This document shows, in pieces, positions 43,721 through 54,153 of a DNA stretch of 57,974 nt; within the stretch, counting starts at the first letter, position 1, and each line of letters starts with the position of its first letter. Source of the DNA: Candidatus Shapirobacteria bacterium (GTDB taxonomy: Bacteria > Patescibacteriota > Microgenomatia > UBA12405); the NCBI GenBank assembly GCA_003250375.1, contig QKGR01000026.1, forward strand, positions 1-57,974, written 5' to 3'. A program made the translations under genes and the position numbers. Below the pieces are notes generated by a model. The model saw only the letters and a program-made list of their open reading frames with translations. It was not told the origin of the DNA and did not search any database.

Positions 43721-43861
43721 AAATGAGACGATAAATGCGACTGAATCTTGTCCGCCTAGTGCGGATCAAACGTTAACAATCTGTTTTTTTGGTTTACTTT
43801 CAATTTCTTGGCAACTTAATTGAGTTGCCTAACCCGCCTCATCGGCGGGTAAATTTTATTG

Positions 43862-46839
<2,978 letters not shown>

Positions 46840-46950
46840 CAATAAAATCTGGCTCTTTGGACGTCTTTTCTTGACGATCAAGGAGCTGGAGTAGGTAACT
46901 CAATTAAGAGGCCAAGATAATTAGTAGTAAACCAAATAGTTTGATTTTTG

Positions 46951-47072
46951 AATTCCGGTCGCCTGAGCGAGATGGTACCACCTCTTCCCATTTCGAACAG
47001 AGTCGTGAAACGTTTTAGCGCCGACAATAGTTTTCCCGCAAGGGATCTTGAAGATAGGTCGCGGCCGGAATT
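46951..47072 (+). rRNA. rrf: 5S ribosomal RNA
   Basis: Terminal helix TTCCGGTCGC/GCGGCCGGAA. The internal CCACCTCTTCCCATTTCGAACAGAGTCGTGAAACG resembles the universal 5S loop region. Confidence 0.85.
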
Positions 47073-47181
47073 GAGAAATCAACTAAATCTCCCTTTGACA
47101 AGGGAGACTTAAAAGATAAAACAGATTGTTAATATATCCGCTTTCGCTGAAGCTTCAGCGTGACAAGGGCGGATTTTTTTT
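47057..47181. repeat. direct repeat copy 1 (5S 3' end + downstream hairpins + terminator)
   Basis: GGTCGCGGCCGGAATTGAGAAATCAA...GTGACAAGGGCGGATTTTTTTT is repeated at 47469-47603. Confidence 0.9.
47136..47181 (+). terminator. rho-independent terminator after 5S rRNA
   Basis: ATCCGC...CGCTGAAGCTTCAGCG (perfect palindrome)...GCGGAT, followed by T8. Confidence 0.6.
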
Positions 47182-47189
47182 GGTATCAT
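47181..47189 (+). promoter_or_regulatory. extended -10 box TGGTATCAT, 6 nt before ATG 47196
   Basis: Read directly. Confidence 0.45.
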
Positions 47190-47195
47190 GATTTC

Positions 47196-47465
47196 ATGAA
47201 CATGGTTTTGTTGGTAGTTATTTTGTCCTGTGCATTGATGATGATATTTTGGTTAATAAAACATATTAATCTAGTATTGAAGAATTACGGCATTAGGATA
47301 AAGATAGGTGGAGATTACAATGGGACTTCAATGAGTTTTGTGAAACCAGGACAGGCGAGTTTTTATGAAAAATTTAGATTGAAAGTGTTAGTGATCACTT
47401 ATTTATTTTTTATTTTTTATTTAATTCTCATATTGTATAGAATAGTTTTGAGAATGATAGGATAA
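47196..47465 (+). CDS. small two-TM membrane protein (orphan) nested between the direct repeats
   Basis: In-frame ATG within track ORF 47160..47465: MNMVLLVVILSCALMMIFWLI....LVITYLFFIFYLILILY. The insert is AT-rich. Confidence 0.4.
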   Translation: MNMVLLVVILSCALMMIFWLIKHINLVLKNYGIRIKIGGDYNGTSMSFVKPGQASFYEKFRLKVLVITYLFFIFYLILILYRIVLRMIG

Positions 47466-47468
47466 TGT

Positions 47469-47603
47469 GGTCGCGGCCGGAATTGAGAAATCAAGCAAAT
47501 CCCTCTAAATCTCCCTCTGGCAAGGGAGACTTAAAAGATAAAACAGATTGTTAATATATCCGCTTTCGCTGAAGCTTCAGCGTGACAAGGGTTGATTTTT
47601 TTT
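47469..47603. repeat. direct repeat copy 2 (contains a 10-nt insertion and a decayed terminator stem)
   Basis: Aligned by eye to 47057-47181. GGGCGGA has become GGGTTGA. Confidence 0.9.
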
Positions 47604-47617
47604 GTGATAACGGATGA

Positions 47618-47643
47618 GGGCGGACACGTCGGTCCGCCCGTAC
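47618..47643. repeat. family A variant (GGGCGGACACGTCGGTCCGCCCGTAC)
   Basis: Same head and tail as family A, with a different stem-loop. Confidence 0.8.
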
Positions 47644-47666
47644 ATATGGATTATATCGGATTGATG

Positions 47667-47675
47667 TGCTAGAAT
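47667..47675 (+). promoter_or_regulatory. extended -10 box TGCTAGAAT, ~105 nt upstream of rpsA (one of the few genes with a long leader)
   Basis: Read directly. Confidence 0.4.
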
Positions 47676-47781
47676 AGACGAGTTCATTTTGAGCGAATTA
47701 TTGGTTTATTTAGGGTATTTAATCCCATGAATAAACTCCCTTGAGGAGTTTTTTTAATTCCGCCTCGTCGGCGGACTAAAG

Positions 47782-48876
47782 ATGGCTAAAAAAATAAAGA
47801 AAGGAAAAAGACAGATTTTATCGATGGAAGATCTGTTGAAAATTGAAGGTATTGAACTGTCCGGTCTTAAGAAAGGACAGGAAACAAGAGGAAAAATCAC
47901 CTCGATAAAAAATAAAGCAATCTACATTGATGTTGGAGGAAAATCCGACGCAGTAGTAAGCGGAAAGGAATTCGAATTTGTGCGTGATTATGTGAATGAT
48001 TTGAAAGTTGGTGATGAAATTGAAGTTCAAATTAAATCGCCTGAGAACGATAAGGGTCAGATTCTAGTGTCGATTCGAGGCGCAGCTTCGGGATACGGCT
48101 GGAATTACTTTACTGAAAAGCAAAAAGCTGAAGGTGAGGTGACTGTATTTGCAAAGGAATTGAACCGAGGCGGGGCAGTGGTTATTGCACCGTTTGGTTT
48201 TTATGGATTCATTCCTGGTTCTCAGATCGGATCGAAATATGATGGAGATCCTGATAAGATGATCAATAAGAAAATTAAAGTTAAGGTGTTGGAAGTAGAC
48301 CAAGCCAAAAACAGATTGGTTTTCTCGGAAAGATTGGTGTCTGAACCTAATAAAGTAGGCGAGGAAGTGTCGGCTATCGGCGATTTGGAAATCGGTGATG
48401 TGTTTGATGCTGAAATCGTGAGAGTTGAACCTTTCGGAATTTTCGTAAGAATTGATTATGGTGAATTAACTTTGGAAGGTTTGGTGCATATTTCGGAAAT
48501 CTCTTGGGAGAAAGTAGACAATGTGTCCCAGATGTACAAAGCTAAAGAGAAGATTAAAGTAAAATTGATTAATAAGACTGAAGGAAGACTGCAATTCTCA
48601 ATTAAGAGAATGAGTAATGATCCTTGGGAGAATATTTCCGACAGATATCCAAAAGACAAAGAGGTTGATGGCGAAGTAGTTCGAATTGCCAACTTCGGTG
48701 CTTTGGTGAAATTGGAATCGGGAATTGAAGGATTGATTCATGTGTCTAAATTGGCTGGAAATCCTGGATTGAAAGAAGGAGAGAAAGTCCAAGTTTACAT
48801 TGAATCGATTGACGTGGCTAAAAGAAAAATTTCTTTGGGCTTGGTGACTTCGAATAAAAACGTGATTTATAAATAA
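47782..48876 (+). CDS. rpsA: 30S ribosomal protein S1 (four S1 domains)
   Basis: 364 aa with repeated S1/OB motifs (GDEIEVQIK, GFIPGSQI, FGIFVRI..GLVHISEISW, FGALVKL..GLIHVSKL). Confidence 0.85.
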   Translation: MAKKIKKGKRQILSMEDLLKIEGIELSGLKKGQETRGKITSIKNKAIYIDVGGKSDAVVSGKEFEFVRDYVNDLKVGDEIEVQIKSPENDKGQILVSIRGAASGYGWNYFTEKQKAEGEVTVFAKELNRGGAVVIAPFGFYGFIPGSQIGSKYDGDPDKMINKKIKVKVLEVDQAKNRLVFSERLVSEPNKVGEEVSAIGDLEIGDVFDAEIVRVEPFGIFVRIDYGELTLEGLVHISEISWEKVDNVSQMYKAKEKIKVKLINKTEGRLQFSIKRMSNDPWENISDRYPKDKEVDGEVVRIANFGALVKLESGIEGLIHVSKLAGNPGLKEGEKVQVYIESIDVAKRKISLGLVTSNKNVIYK

Positions 48877-48887
48877 AATCTCCCCTG

Positions 48888-48909
48888 CCCCTCTTTGAAG
48901 AAAGAGGGG
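48888..48909. repeat. short hairpin of the CCCCTTCAAAAGGGG class (CCCCTCTTTGAAGAAAGAGGGG)
   Basis: 9-bp stem with a 4-nt loop. Confidence 0.7.
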
Positions 48910-48916
48910 TAAAAGA

Positions 48917-48942
48917 GACCCCGGGGAAACTCGGGGTTTTTT
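48917..48942 (+). terminator. rho-independent terminator after rpsA
   Basis: ACCCCG/CGGGGT stem followed by TTTTTT. Confidence 0.6.
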
Positions 48943-48944
48943 GG

Positions 48945-48953
48945 TGGTATAAT
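48945..48953 (+). promoter_or_regulatory. extended -10 box TGGTATAAT, 7 nt before ATG 48961
   Basis: Read directly. Confidence 0.55.
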
Positions 48954-48960
48954 AGGCAGT

Positions 48961-49206
48961 ATGGTAAATAATAAAATTGAAGAAATGCTTAATCCGTTTG
49001 TTGGACGATTGTGTAGAAATTGTGGTGAGGATGGATGTCCGAAGACAATAGTTGTTGATGATGGTAATAGTGTGTTGCCACATTGTTATAGAAAAAGAGA
49101 TAGGGTGACTAATCTCATGTTACTTTTGGTTGAAGAGTATCCCGAGATGTCGGATGCTACAGTGGAGAAAATTGATCAGTATCTGGGTGAAATTGTTTGT
49201 CGATAG
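48961..49206 (+). CDS. hypothetical small Cys-containing protein
   Basis: 81 aa with CRNCGEDGC..HC (zinc-ribbon-like). Confidence 0.4.
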   Translation: MVNNKIEEMLNPFVGRLCRNCGEDGCPKTIVVDDGNSVLPHCYRKRDRVTNLMLLLVEEYPEMSDATVEKIDQYLGEIVCR

Positions 49207-49224
49207 AAATTAATATATGGAAAG

Positions 49225-49458
49225 ATGGGGTGTTGTCGTAGATTTCCAGAAGTACAAATTGAAGCACTAAGTTTGCTTAATTATGTGTGTCCGATGAAAA
49301 GAGGTGGGGTATGTGGTATGGTTGGAATTGGGGACCAAACTTGTGATTATGAGAGATCGGAACTAGGGCAGGATAGGAAAAGTGTGGCTTATGGGGAGGT
49401 GGTGCAAGAGAGAAAAAAACAACATGGAATAATTTCAAGGAAGGATAAGGTATTATAA
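49225..49458 (+). CDS. hypothetical small protein
   Basis: 77-aa ORF. TAATAT lies 8 nt upstream of the ATG. Confidence 0.3.
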   Translation: MGCCRRFPEVQIEALSLLNYVCPMKRGGVCGMVGIGDQTCDYERSELGQDRKSVAYGEVVQERKKQHGIISRKDKVL

Positions 49459-49466
49459 TTGTAGAT

Positions 49467-49814
49467 ATGAAAAAACAAAAAGAAGTAGAAAAGGGAATTA
49501 GCTATGATACAAAAACAATAATTACGGTGATCTGTTTGGTGGTACTGTATCCTGTTGGAGTGGTGTTGATGTTTGTGTGGATGAAGTGGAAGTGGTGGGT
49601 AAAATTGTTGGTGTTGTTGCCAGTTTCATTGTTTATATTTTTGCCAATATTGGCGGCAGCAATTTTGATAGCAATTAATCCAAGTGCCCAAATTGAGAAG
49701 GCTAAAAAGGTAAATGACTGTAATACTGTTTGTGCGATGAAGTATGATGATAGTCAGAGTGTGGATATGTGTATAAAAGAATGTGTGGCTACGACAGTTG
49801 GACAAGAGGAGTAG
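49467..49814 (+). CDS. hypothetical membrane protein
   Basis: 115 aa with three hydrophobic helices. TATAAT (49454-49459) lies 7 nt before the ATG. Confidence 0.45.
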   Translation: MKKQKEVEKGISYDTKTIITVICLVVLYPVGVVLMFVWMKWKWWVKLLVLLPVSLFIFLPILAAAILIAINPSAQIEKAKKVNDCNTVCAMKYDDSQSVDMCIKECVATTVGQEE

Positions 49815-49834
49815 AAAGGGTTATGATGGTGTAG

Positions 49835-50056
49835 ATGCCAGAAAATTGTGCGTGGTGCAGAAAAGTTAAAAGTGACGTAGGTTTGTGGTTGGATGGAAGT
49901 ATGTACGTATGTTTTAGTCCAAGATGTAAAAGCAGATTTGCAAGAAGAGTGTTGACAGTTGAACACGGAGAGGTAAGGAATTGTCATAAAGAGAATGCAA
50001 AGGCGAATAGGCGAAGAATACGGCAAGCTAAGGCAGAAAATCAAACAACTTCGTGA
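49835..50056 (+). CDS. hypothetical zinc-ribbon-like basic protein
   Basis: 73 aa with CAWC..C..PRC. TATGAT (49822-49827) lies 7 nt before the ATG. Confidence 0.4.
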   Translation: MPENCAWCRKVKSDVGLWLDGSMYVCFSPRCKSRFARRVLTVEHGEVRNCHKENAKANRRRIRQAKAENQTTS

Positions 50057-50080
50057 GAGGCGCTAGAAATGAAGATTTTT

Positions 50081-50105
50081 AGATATCAGATGTTCAGATA
50101 CTCAG
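50081..50105. repeat. TCAG-type microrepeat (AGATATCAG ATGTTCAG ATACTCAG)
   Basis: Read directly. Confidence 0.75.
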
Positions 50106-50142
50106 AAATATGAGATGAGTGATATGCGAATAATACCCGAAG

Positions 50143-50151
50143 TGGTAGAAT
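50143..50151 (+). promoter_or_regulatory. extended -10 box TGGTAGAAT, 5 nt before ATG 50157
   Basis: Read directly. Confidence 0.5.
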
Positions 50152-50156
50152 GAGTG

Positions 50157-51548
50157 ATGAAGAAAATTTCAGGAACTGTTTTTGTGTGTTCAAATTGTGG
50201 AAATGAATTTAGGAGATGGGCGGGACAGTGCCCGAGTTGTAAGGAATGGAATAGTTTGAAAGAAGTGACAGGGAGAATTTCGGGGACAACATCGAAAGGG
50301 GGAAGAGTACAGAGGTCCTCCCGGACAGAAAATAAAAGTGAGGTCGTAAATTTGGGCCGCCTTCGTCAAAACTCCGGCGAGCCGAGGGAAATTGTAGATG
50401 TGTTTTCGACCAACATAGGGGAATTTGATAGAGTATTGGGTAAGGGAGTTGTTCGAGGAGCAGTGGTGCTGTTTGCGGGAGAGCCAGGGATTGGAAAGTC
50501 GACACTTTTGACGCAACTTGTGGGTAATGTTGGTGGGTTGTATGCGGCAGGAGAGGAGTCGGCGGAGCAGATTGGATTGAGAGTGAAGAGATTGGGTTTG
50601 GATGCAAATAAGTTCGATGTTTTAGGGACAAATTCAATTGATGAAATTATTGAAGTTTTGGAACGAACAAATAAGTTGTACAAATTAGTGGTGGTGGACA
50701 GTATTCAGGTGATGATGGCGTCGGAGGCGAGTGGAGCGACGGGGTCGCCGAGCCAAATTAGGGAAGGAACCTTCCGACTAGTAGAAGCAGCAAAAAGATT
50801 GGGGGTGGCAATTTTTATTGTGGGGCATGTGACCAAAGACGGGGACATTGCCGGACCGAAATTGTTGGAGCATATGGTGGACACGGTACTTTATTTTGAG
50901 GGAGAGAAAAATGGAGACTTGAGAATTTTGAGATGTAGTAAGAATCGATTTGGAAGTAATGATGAGGTGGGAGTGTTCGTGATGGAAGAAAAAGGATTGA
51001 AGGAAATGAGATCGGATGAAATTAATTTGGTTGCGTCGAATGCGATGGCGCCTGGAAAAGTTTTGACGGTGGTGATGGAGGGGAGCAGACCGATGATGGT
51101 GGAGATTCAGGCTTTAGTGACCGAAAGTTTTGGACAGTTTCCAAAAAGAGTATTTTCGGGAGTGGATTTTAATAGAGGACAATTACTGATGGCGGTGGCT
51201 CAGAAGGTGCTGGGAATTCCGATGTATAACCAGGATGTGTATGTGTCGGTGAGTGGAGGACTACGAATTGAAGATACGGGAGCAGATTTGGCAGTGGTGG
51301 GAGCGATATGGAGTAGTTTTAAAAATCAAGCGTTAAAATCCGCCCCTAACCCATCCTTTGACAAGGAGGGGAAAAACGATGGGCAGACACACCGGTCTGC
51401 CCGTACTAATGTTTTGTGTGGGGAAGTGTCGCTTTTGGGAGAAGTGAAGAAAGTACGAGGCTGGGAAAGAAGAAAAAAAGAGGCTGAAAGATTGGGGAGG
51501 AAGATGGTGGAAATAGAGAAATTGGTGGATTTGAAAAAGATGGTTTAA
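50157..51548 (+). CDS. radA: DNA repair protein RadA/Sms, with an in-frame repeat-derived insertion
   Basis: Zinc finger CSNCG..CPSCKEWNS, Walker A GEPGIGKSTLL, KNRFG motif, and a Lon-like C-domain. The track start GTG 50154 is also possible. Confidence 0.9.
   Translation: MKKISGTVFVCSNCGNEFRRWAGQCPSCKEWNSLKEVTGRISGTTSKGGRVQRSSRTENKSEVVNLGRLRQNSGEPREIVDVFSTNIGEFDRVLGKGVVRGAVVLFAGEPGIGKSTLLTQLVGNVGGLYAAGEESAEQIGLRVKRLGLDANKFDVLGTNSIDEIIEVLERTNKLYKLVVVDSIQVMMASEASGATGSPSQIREGTFRLVEAAKRLGVAIFIVGHVTKDGDIAGPKLLEHMVDTVLYFEGEKNGDLRILRCSKNRFGSNDEVGVFVMEEKGLKEMRSDEINLVASNAMAPGKVLTVVMEGSRPMMVEIQALVTESFGQFPKRVFSGVDFNRGQLLMAVAQKVLGIPMYNQDVYVSVSGGLRIEDTGADLAVVGAIWSSFKNQALKSAPNPSFDKEGKNDGQTHRSARTNVLCGEVSLLGEVKKVRGWERRKKEAERLGRKMVEIEKLVDLKKMV
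51330..51410. repeat. 81-nt repeat-derived insertion inside radA (hairpin TCCTTTGACAAGGA + family A variant GGGCAGACACACCGGTCTGCCCGTAC at 51381-51406)
   Basis: Encodes ALKSAPNPSFDKEGKNDGQTHRSARTN between conserved RadA blocks. Confidence 0.8.
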
Positions 51549-51579
51549 AACCATTCAAAAGAGGAAACGGAGAGGGAAG

Positions 51580-51634
51580 AAACCCTTTGGCCTTCGACAA
51601 GCTCAGGCCATTCCCCTTCAAAAGGGGAAACGGA
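51580..51634. repeat. family B variant (AAACCCTTTGGCCTTCGACAAGCTCAGGCCATTCCCCTTCAAAAGGGGAAACGGA)
   Basis: The head matches 9748-9783. The tail matches 12061-12080. Confidence 0.8.
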
Positions 51635-51676
51635 GGGGGAAAATGAGTAAGAATTTGATGAATCAAAATTTCTAAA

Positions 51677-51701
51677 GGGCGGGCGCAAGACCCGCCCGTA
51701 C
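51677..51701. repeat. family A hairpin repeat
   Basis: GGGCGGGCGCAAGACCCGCCCGTAC. Confidence 0.9.
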
Positions 51702-51861
51702 CTGATACATTAGTGGGAAAATAAAAAATCGTGCGTTTTGGGGGATGTGAGAGTGTGGGTAGGAAAATGTGTGGTAGGAAAGGTTAATTTTTAATTTGTA
51801 TAATTGTTGGATGATCGGCTGGTGAAAAAGAGGGGATAATCCGCCTCAACGGCGGAATAAA

Positions 51862-51929
51862 TAGTTTTCCACAATGAGTTGATTGGATGTTGATTAAGGA
51901 ATTTTGGGGTTGTTCTTTAGTTATCCACA
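51862..51929. promoter_or_regulatory. second DnaA-box pair (TTTTCCACA 51865-51873; TTATCCACA 51921-51929)
   Basis: The 14-mer TAGTTTTCCACAAT is identical to 9100-9113 upstream of dnaA. An AT-rich tract follows. Confidence 0.45.
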
Positions 51930-52064
51930 ATGATATTTATACGTATTGATACATGAAACATGAATTATGATTCATGAATATATAAATATAGGATACTGAT
52001 AAAAAGACGAGATAATTAATATGGGATATAGACATGGCAAAAAGGGAATTATATAATGAGATTA

Positions 52065-52193
52065 ATGATTAGCTGGATTAAAAAGTTACTCGGGAAAAGT
52101 GAAGTTAAGAAATCGAAGGAAGTGGCTAATAAGTGGGCGAGAACACAGATTCGGGAGATGGCAAAACTGAAAGGAAAGCTGATTCTGATGTAG
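52065..52193 (+). CDS. candidate 42-aa basic small ORF (speculative)
   Basis: TATAAT (52052-52057) lies 7 nt before the ATG: MISWIKKLLGKSEVKKSKEVANKWARTQIREMAKLKGKLILM. Below the track size cutoff. Confidence 0.2.
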   Translation: MISWIKKLLGKSEVKKSKEVANKWARTQIREMAKLKGKLILM

Positions 52194-52503
52194 TTTGAAA
52201 ATTAGGGAGATTGCTCCGATACTCATTGGATTCGATCGGAGTTGTGTTTTTGAACAAATTTTCATCGCCAAACAGCTTGAAAATTTATGCAAAGATACAA
52301 AAAAATAAGAAACAATCTTATCGATATTCTCAAAGCAGGTGGAACACGTAAAAGATTGTTTCTTGTTTTTAAAATACAGTTTTGGGGAATGATTGTCAAA
52401 TTTAGCCTTGAGGCTAAAAGTGATAAATTTAGCGGTACTGTTGAGAGTGGCAGAGGGGGCAGGTCTGCCACTTTCAACAGTGTTGCTTGATTGTGTTTGG
52501 TAG

Positions 52504-52531
52504 GGTCGCCTTCGCTAATGCTACGGCGAAC
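52504..52531. repeat. short hairpin element G, second copy
   Basis: GGTCGCCTTCGCTAATGCTACGGCGAAC, compared with 40008-40039. Confidence 0.5.
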
Positions 52532-52574
52532 TAAATCCTCTACTTTCAACTTGGGAGCTCTTTTTTTTGAAATT

Positions 52575-52619
52575 AAACCACCCACCCTGCGGGCACCCTC
52601 CCTTGAAAAGGGAGGGCTG
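52575..52619. repeat. family D element, second copy
   Basis: AAACCACCCACCCTGCGGGCACCCTCCCTTGAAAAGGGAGGGCTG. Confidence 0.85.
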
Positions 52620-52630
52620 AAAAAAGAGAA

Positions 52631-52695
52631 AAACCCTTTCGGCTGCGCCGAATTCCCCCTACCTCAACGGCAGGCAAGCTTCAAAAGGGGAAACA
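52631..52695. repeat. family B element with ~20-nt internal insertion
   Basis: AAACCCTTTCGGCTGCGCCGAATTCCCC[CTACCTCAACGGCAGGCAAGC]TTCAAAAGGGGAAACA. Confidence 0.8.
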
Positions 52696-52734
52696 GAGAG
52701 AAGAAATTATGAAGAGAATTGTCTATACTGAAGT

Positions 52735-54153
52735 GTGAAATTTAGAAGTTGGTATGTAGTACTTGGATTGGTAGTAGTATTGTGCTGGCCAATGAGCGTG
52801 GAAGCAGTGGAACCTAAGGGAAATATAGATGGAATTTCGAATGGGGTGATAAGTGGCTGGGCCTATGATCCTGATGAGCCGAGCAAATCGATAACAATAC
52901 ATGTGTATGTGGATGGGCCAGTGGGAAATGGAAGAGTGGTAGGATCGGCAACAGCAAATAAACTAAGAAATGATGTGAATGCGGCTTACGGAATAAGCGG
53001 GAATCATGGATTTGGATTTACAATACCGAGTGAATTGTTGAAAGGGTATAGGAAATTTTATGTGTATGCGATTGATAGTCAGGGTGGGGTGAATCCTTTG
53101 GTGGCGGGAAGTCCAAAAGAAAATGGGGTGCGTCCGACGGGAAATATGAGTATTAGTAAGTCGGTACTAGGAAGTGAATTGAAAATTACGGCGATGGAAA
53201 GATTTGGAGGAGCAATTGGGTCGCTAACTTGGAAGGGAGTGGAATTTGTGGATATTGCTGACCATGGAAGGCAATTGCAAAGCGCTTGTCATTTTGATGA
53301 TGAAGGCGAGTGCTACAATCCAACGGAAGCAGGGTCGATGGCTGACGGAACAAAACAAACGTCGACTTCGGAATGGCAGTATGGGAGTAATGAGGGAGGA
53401 GCGCTGAAAACTCAATCGAGAATGGCTTTTTGGTTGAGCCCAGGAGGGGTGCTTGGGGGAGGATGTGTGAGTGGGAGGGTGATTAATACTGCGCCGGTGT
53501 CGAATTTTATTTTTGGCAAGGAAATTAAGATTGGATATGATAACTGGGAAAACGTGATTGAGTATGATGTGAATTTTTGGGTGGCAGAGGATCATGGGAA
53601 GGGGGTGTTTGAAATTTTGACGGGGTATATGCCGATTAAATTTAATAAATTTTATGCCTTTGATAAGGCAACAAAATCGATTAAAAGTATTGTTTCGGGG
53701 GGAAGTGATAAGCCGGTGATTCAGGCGACAGCAGATGGGAGCTTGGCGATGGGGATTTATACGCCATGGAAACAATTGGGGGTGAGGGGGACTGATTATT
53801 ATGCGGCTTATTATTCGGTGAGAGATTTTAGTGATGTGAGCGTGGCGGCAACAAAATGGAATGTGGCGATGCATAACATGACAGCGAAAAAAGGAAATTA
53901 TGCATTTAAGAATTTTGTAATAGTAGGAAGTTTGGAGGAGGTGGTGAAGACGATGGGAGAGTTGATGGATTTTGAAGAAAGTGATTTGGAAGGTGACGCA
54001 AATGGAGACGGAAAGGTAGACTTGGAAGATTTTGTGATTTGGAGAGGGGAATATACAGGGGTATTGAATACAAAGAGGGCGGATTTTAATGGGGATGGAA
54101 AAGTTGATTTGGGGGATTTTGTGGTGTGGAGGGGAGCTTATGTGGGGAATTAG
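52735..54153 (+). CDS. secreted modular protein: shared N-module, unknown central domain, C-terminal paired dockerin-like repeats
   Basis: Signal peptide MKFRSWYVVLGLVVVLCWPMSVEA. The N-module is similar to the next gene. GDANGDGKVDLEDFVIWRGEY and ADFNGDGKVDLGDFVVWRGAY. TATACT lies 5 nt before the GTG. Confidence 0.65.
   Translation: MKFRSWYVVLGLVVVLCWPMSVEAVEPKGNIDGISNGVISGWAYDPDEPSKSITIHVYVDGPVGNGRVVGSATANKLRNDVNAAYGISGNHGFGFTIPSELLKGYRKFYVYAIDSQGGVNPLVAGSPKENGVRPTGNMSISKSVLGSELKITAMERFGGAIGSLTWKGVEFVDIADHGRQLQSACHFDDEGECYNPTEAGSMADGTKQTSTSEWQYGSNEGGALKTQSRMAFWLSPGGVLGGGCVSGRVINTAPVSNFIFGKEIKIGYDNWENVIEYDVNFWVAEDHGKGVFEILTGYMPIKFNKFYAFDKATKSIKSIVSGGSDKPVIQATADGSLAMGIYTPWKQLGVRGTDYYAAYYSVRDFSDVSVAATKWNVAMHNMTAKKGNYAFKNFVIVGSLEEVVKTMGELMDFEESDLEGDANGDGKVDLEDFVIWRGEYTGVLNTKRADFNGDGKVDLGDFVVWRGAYVGN

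Noticed and set aside
54089-54139. Track start of the metallophosphoesterase gene inside the preceding gene
   Set aside because: This part of the frame just re-reads the dockerin repeat of the upstream gene. ATG 54140 (or TTG 54155) gives a signal peptide matching the two paralogous genes.
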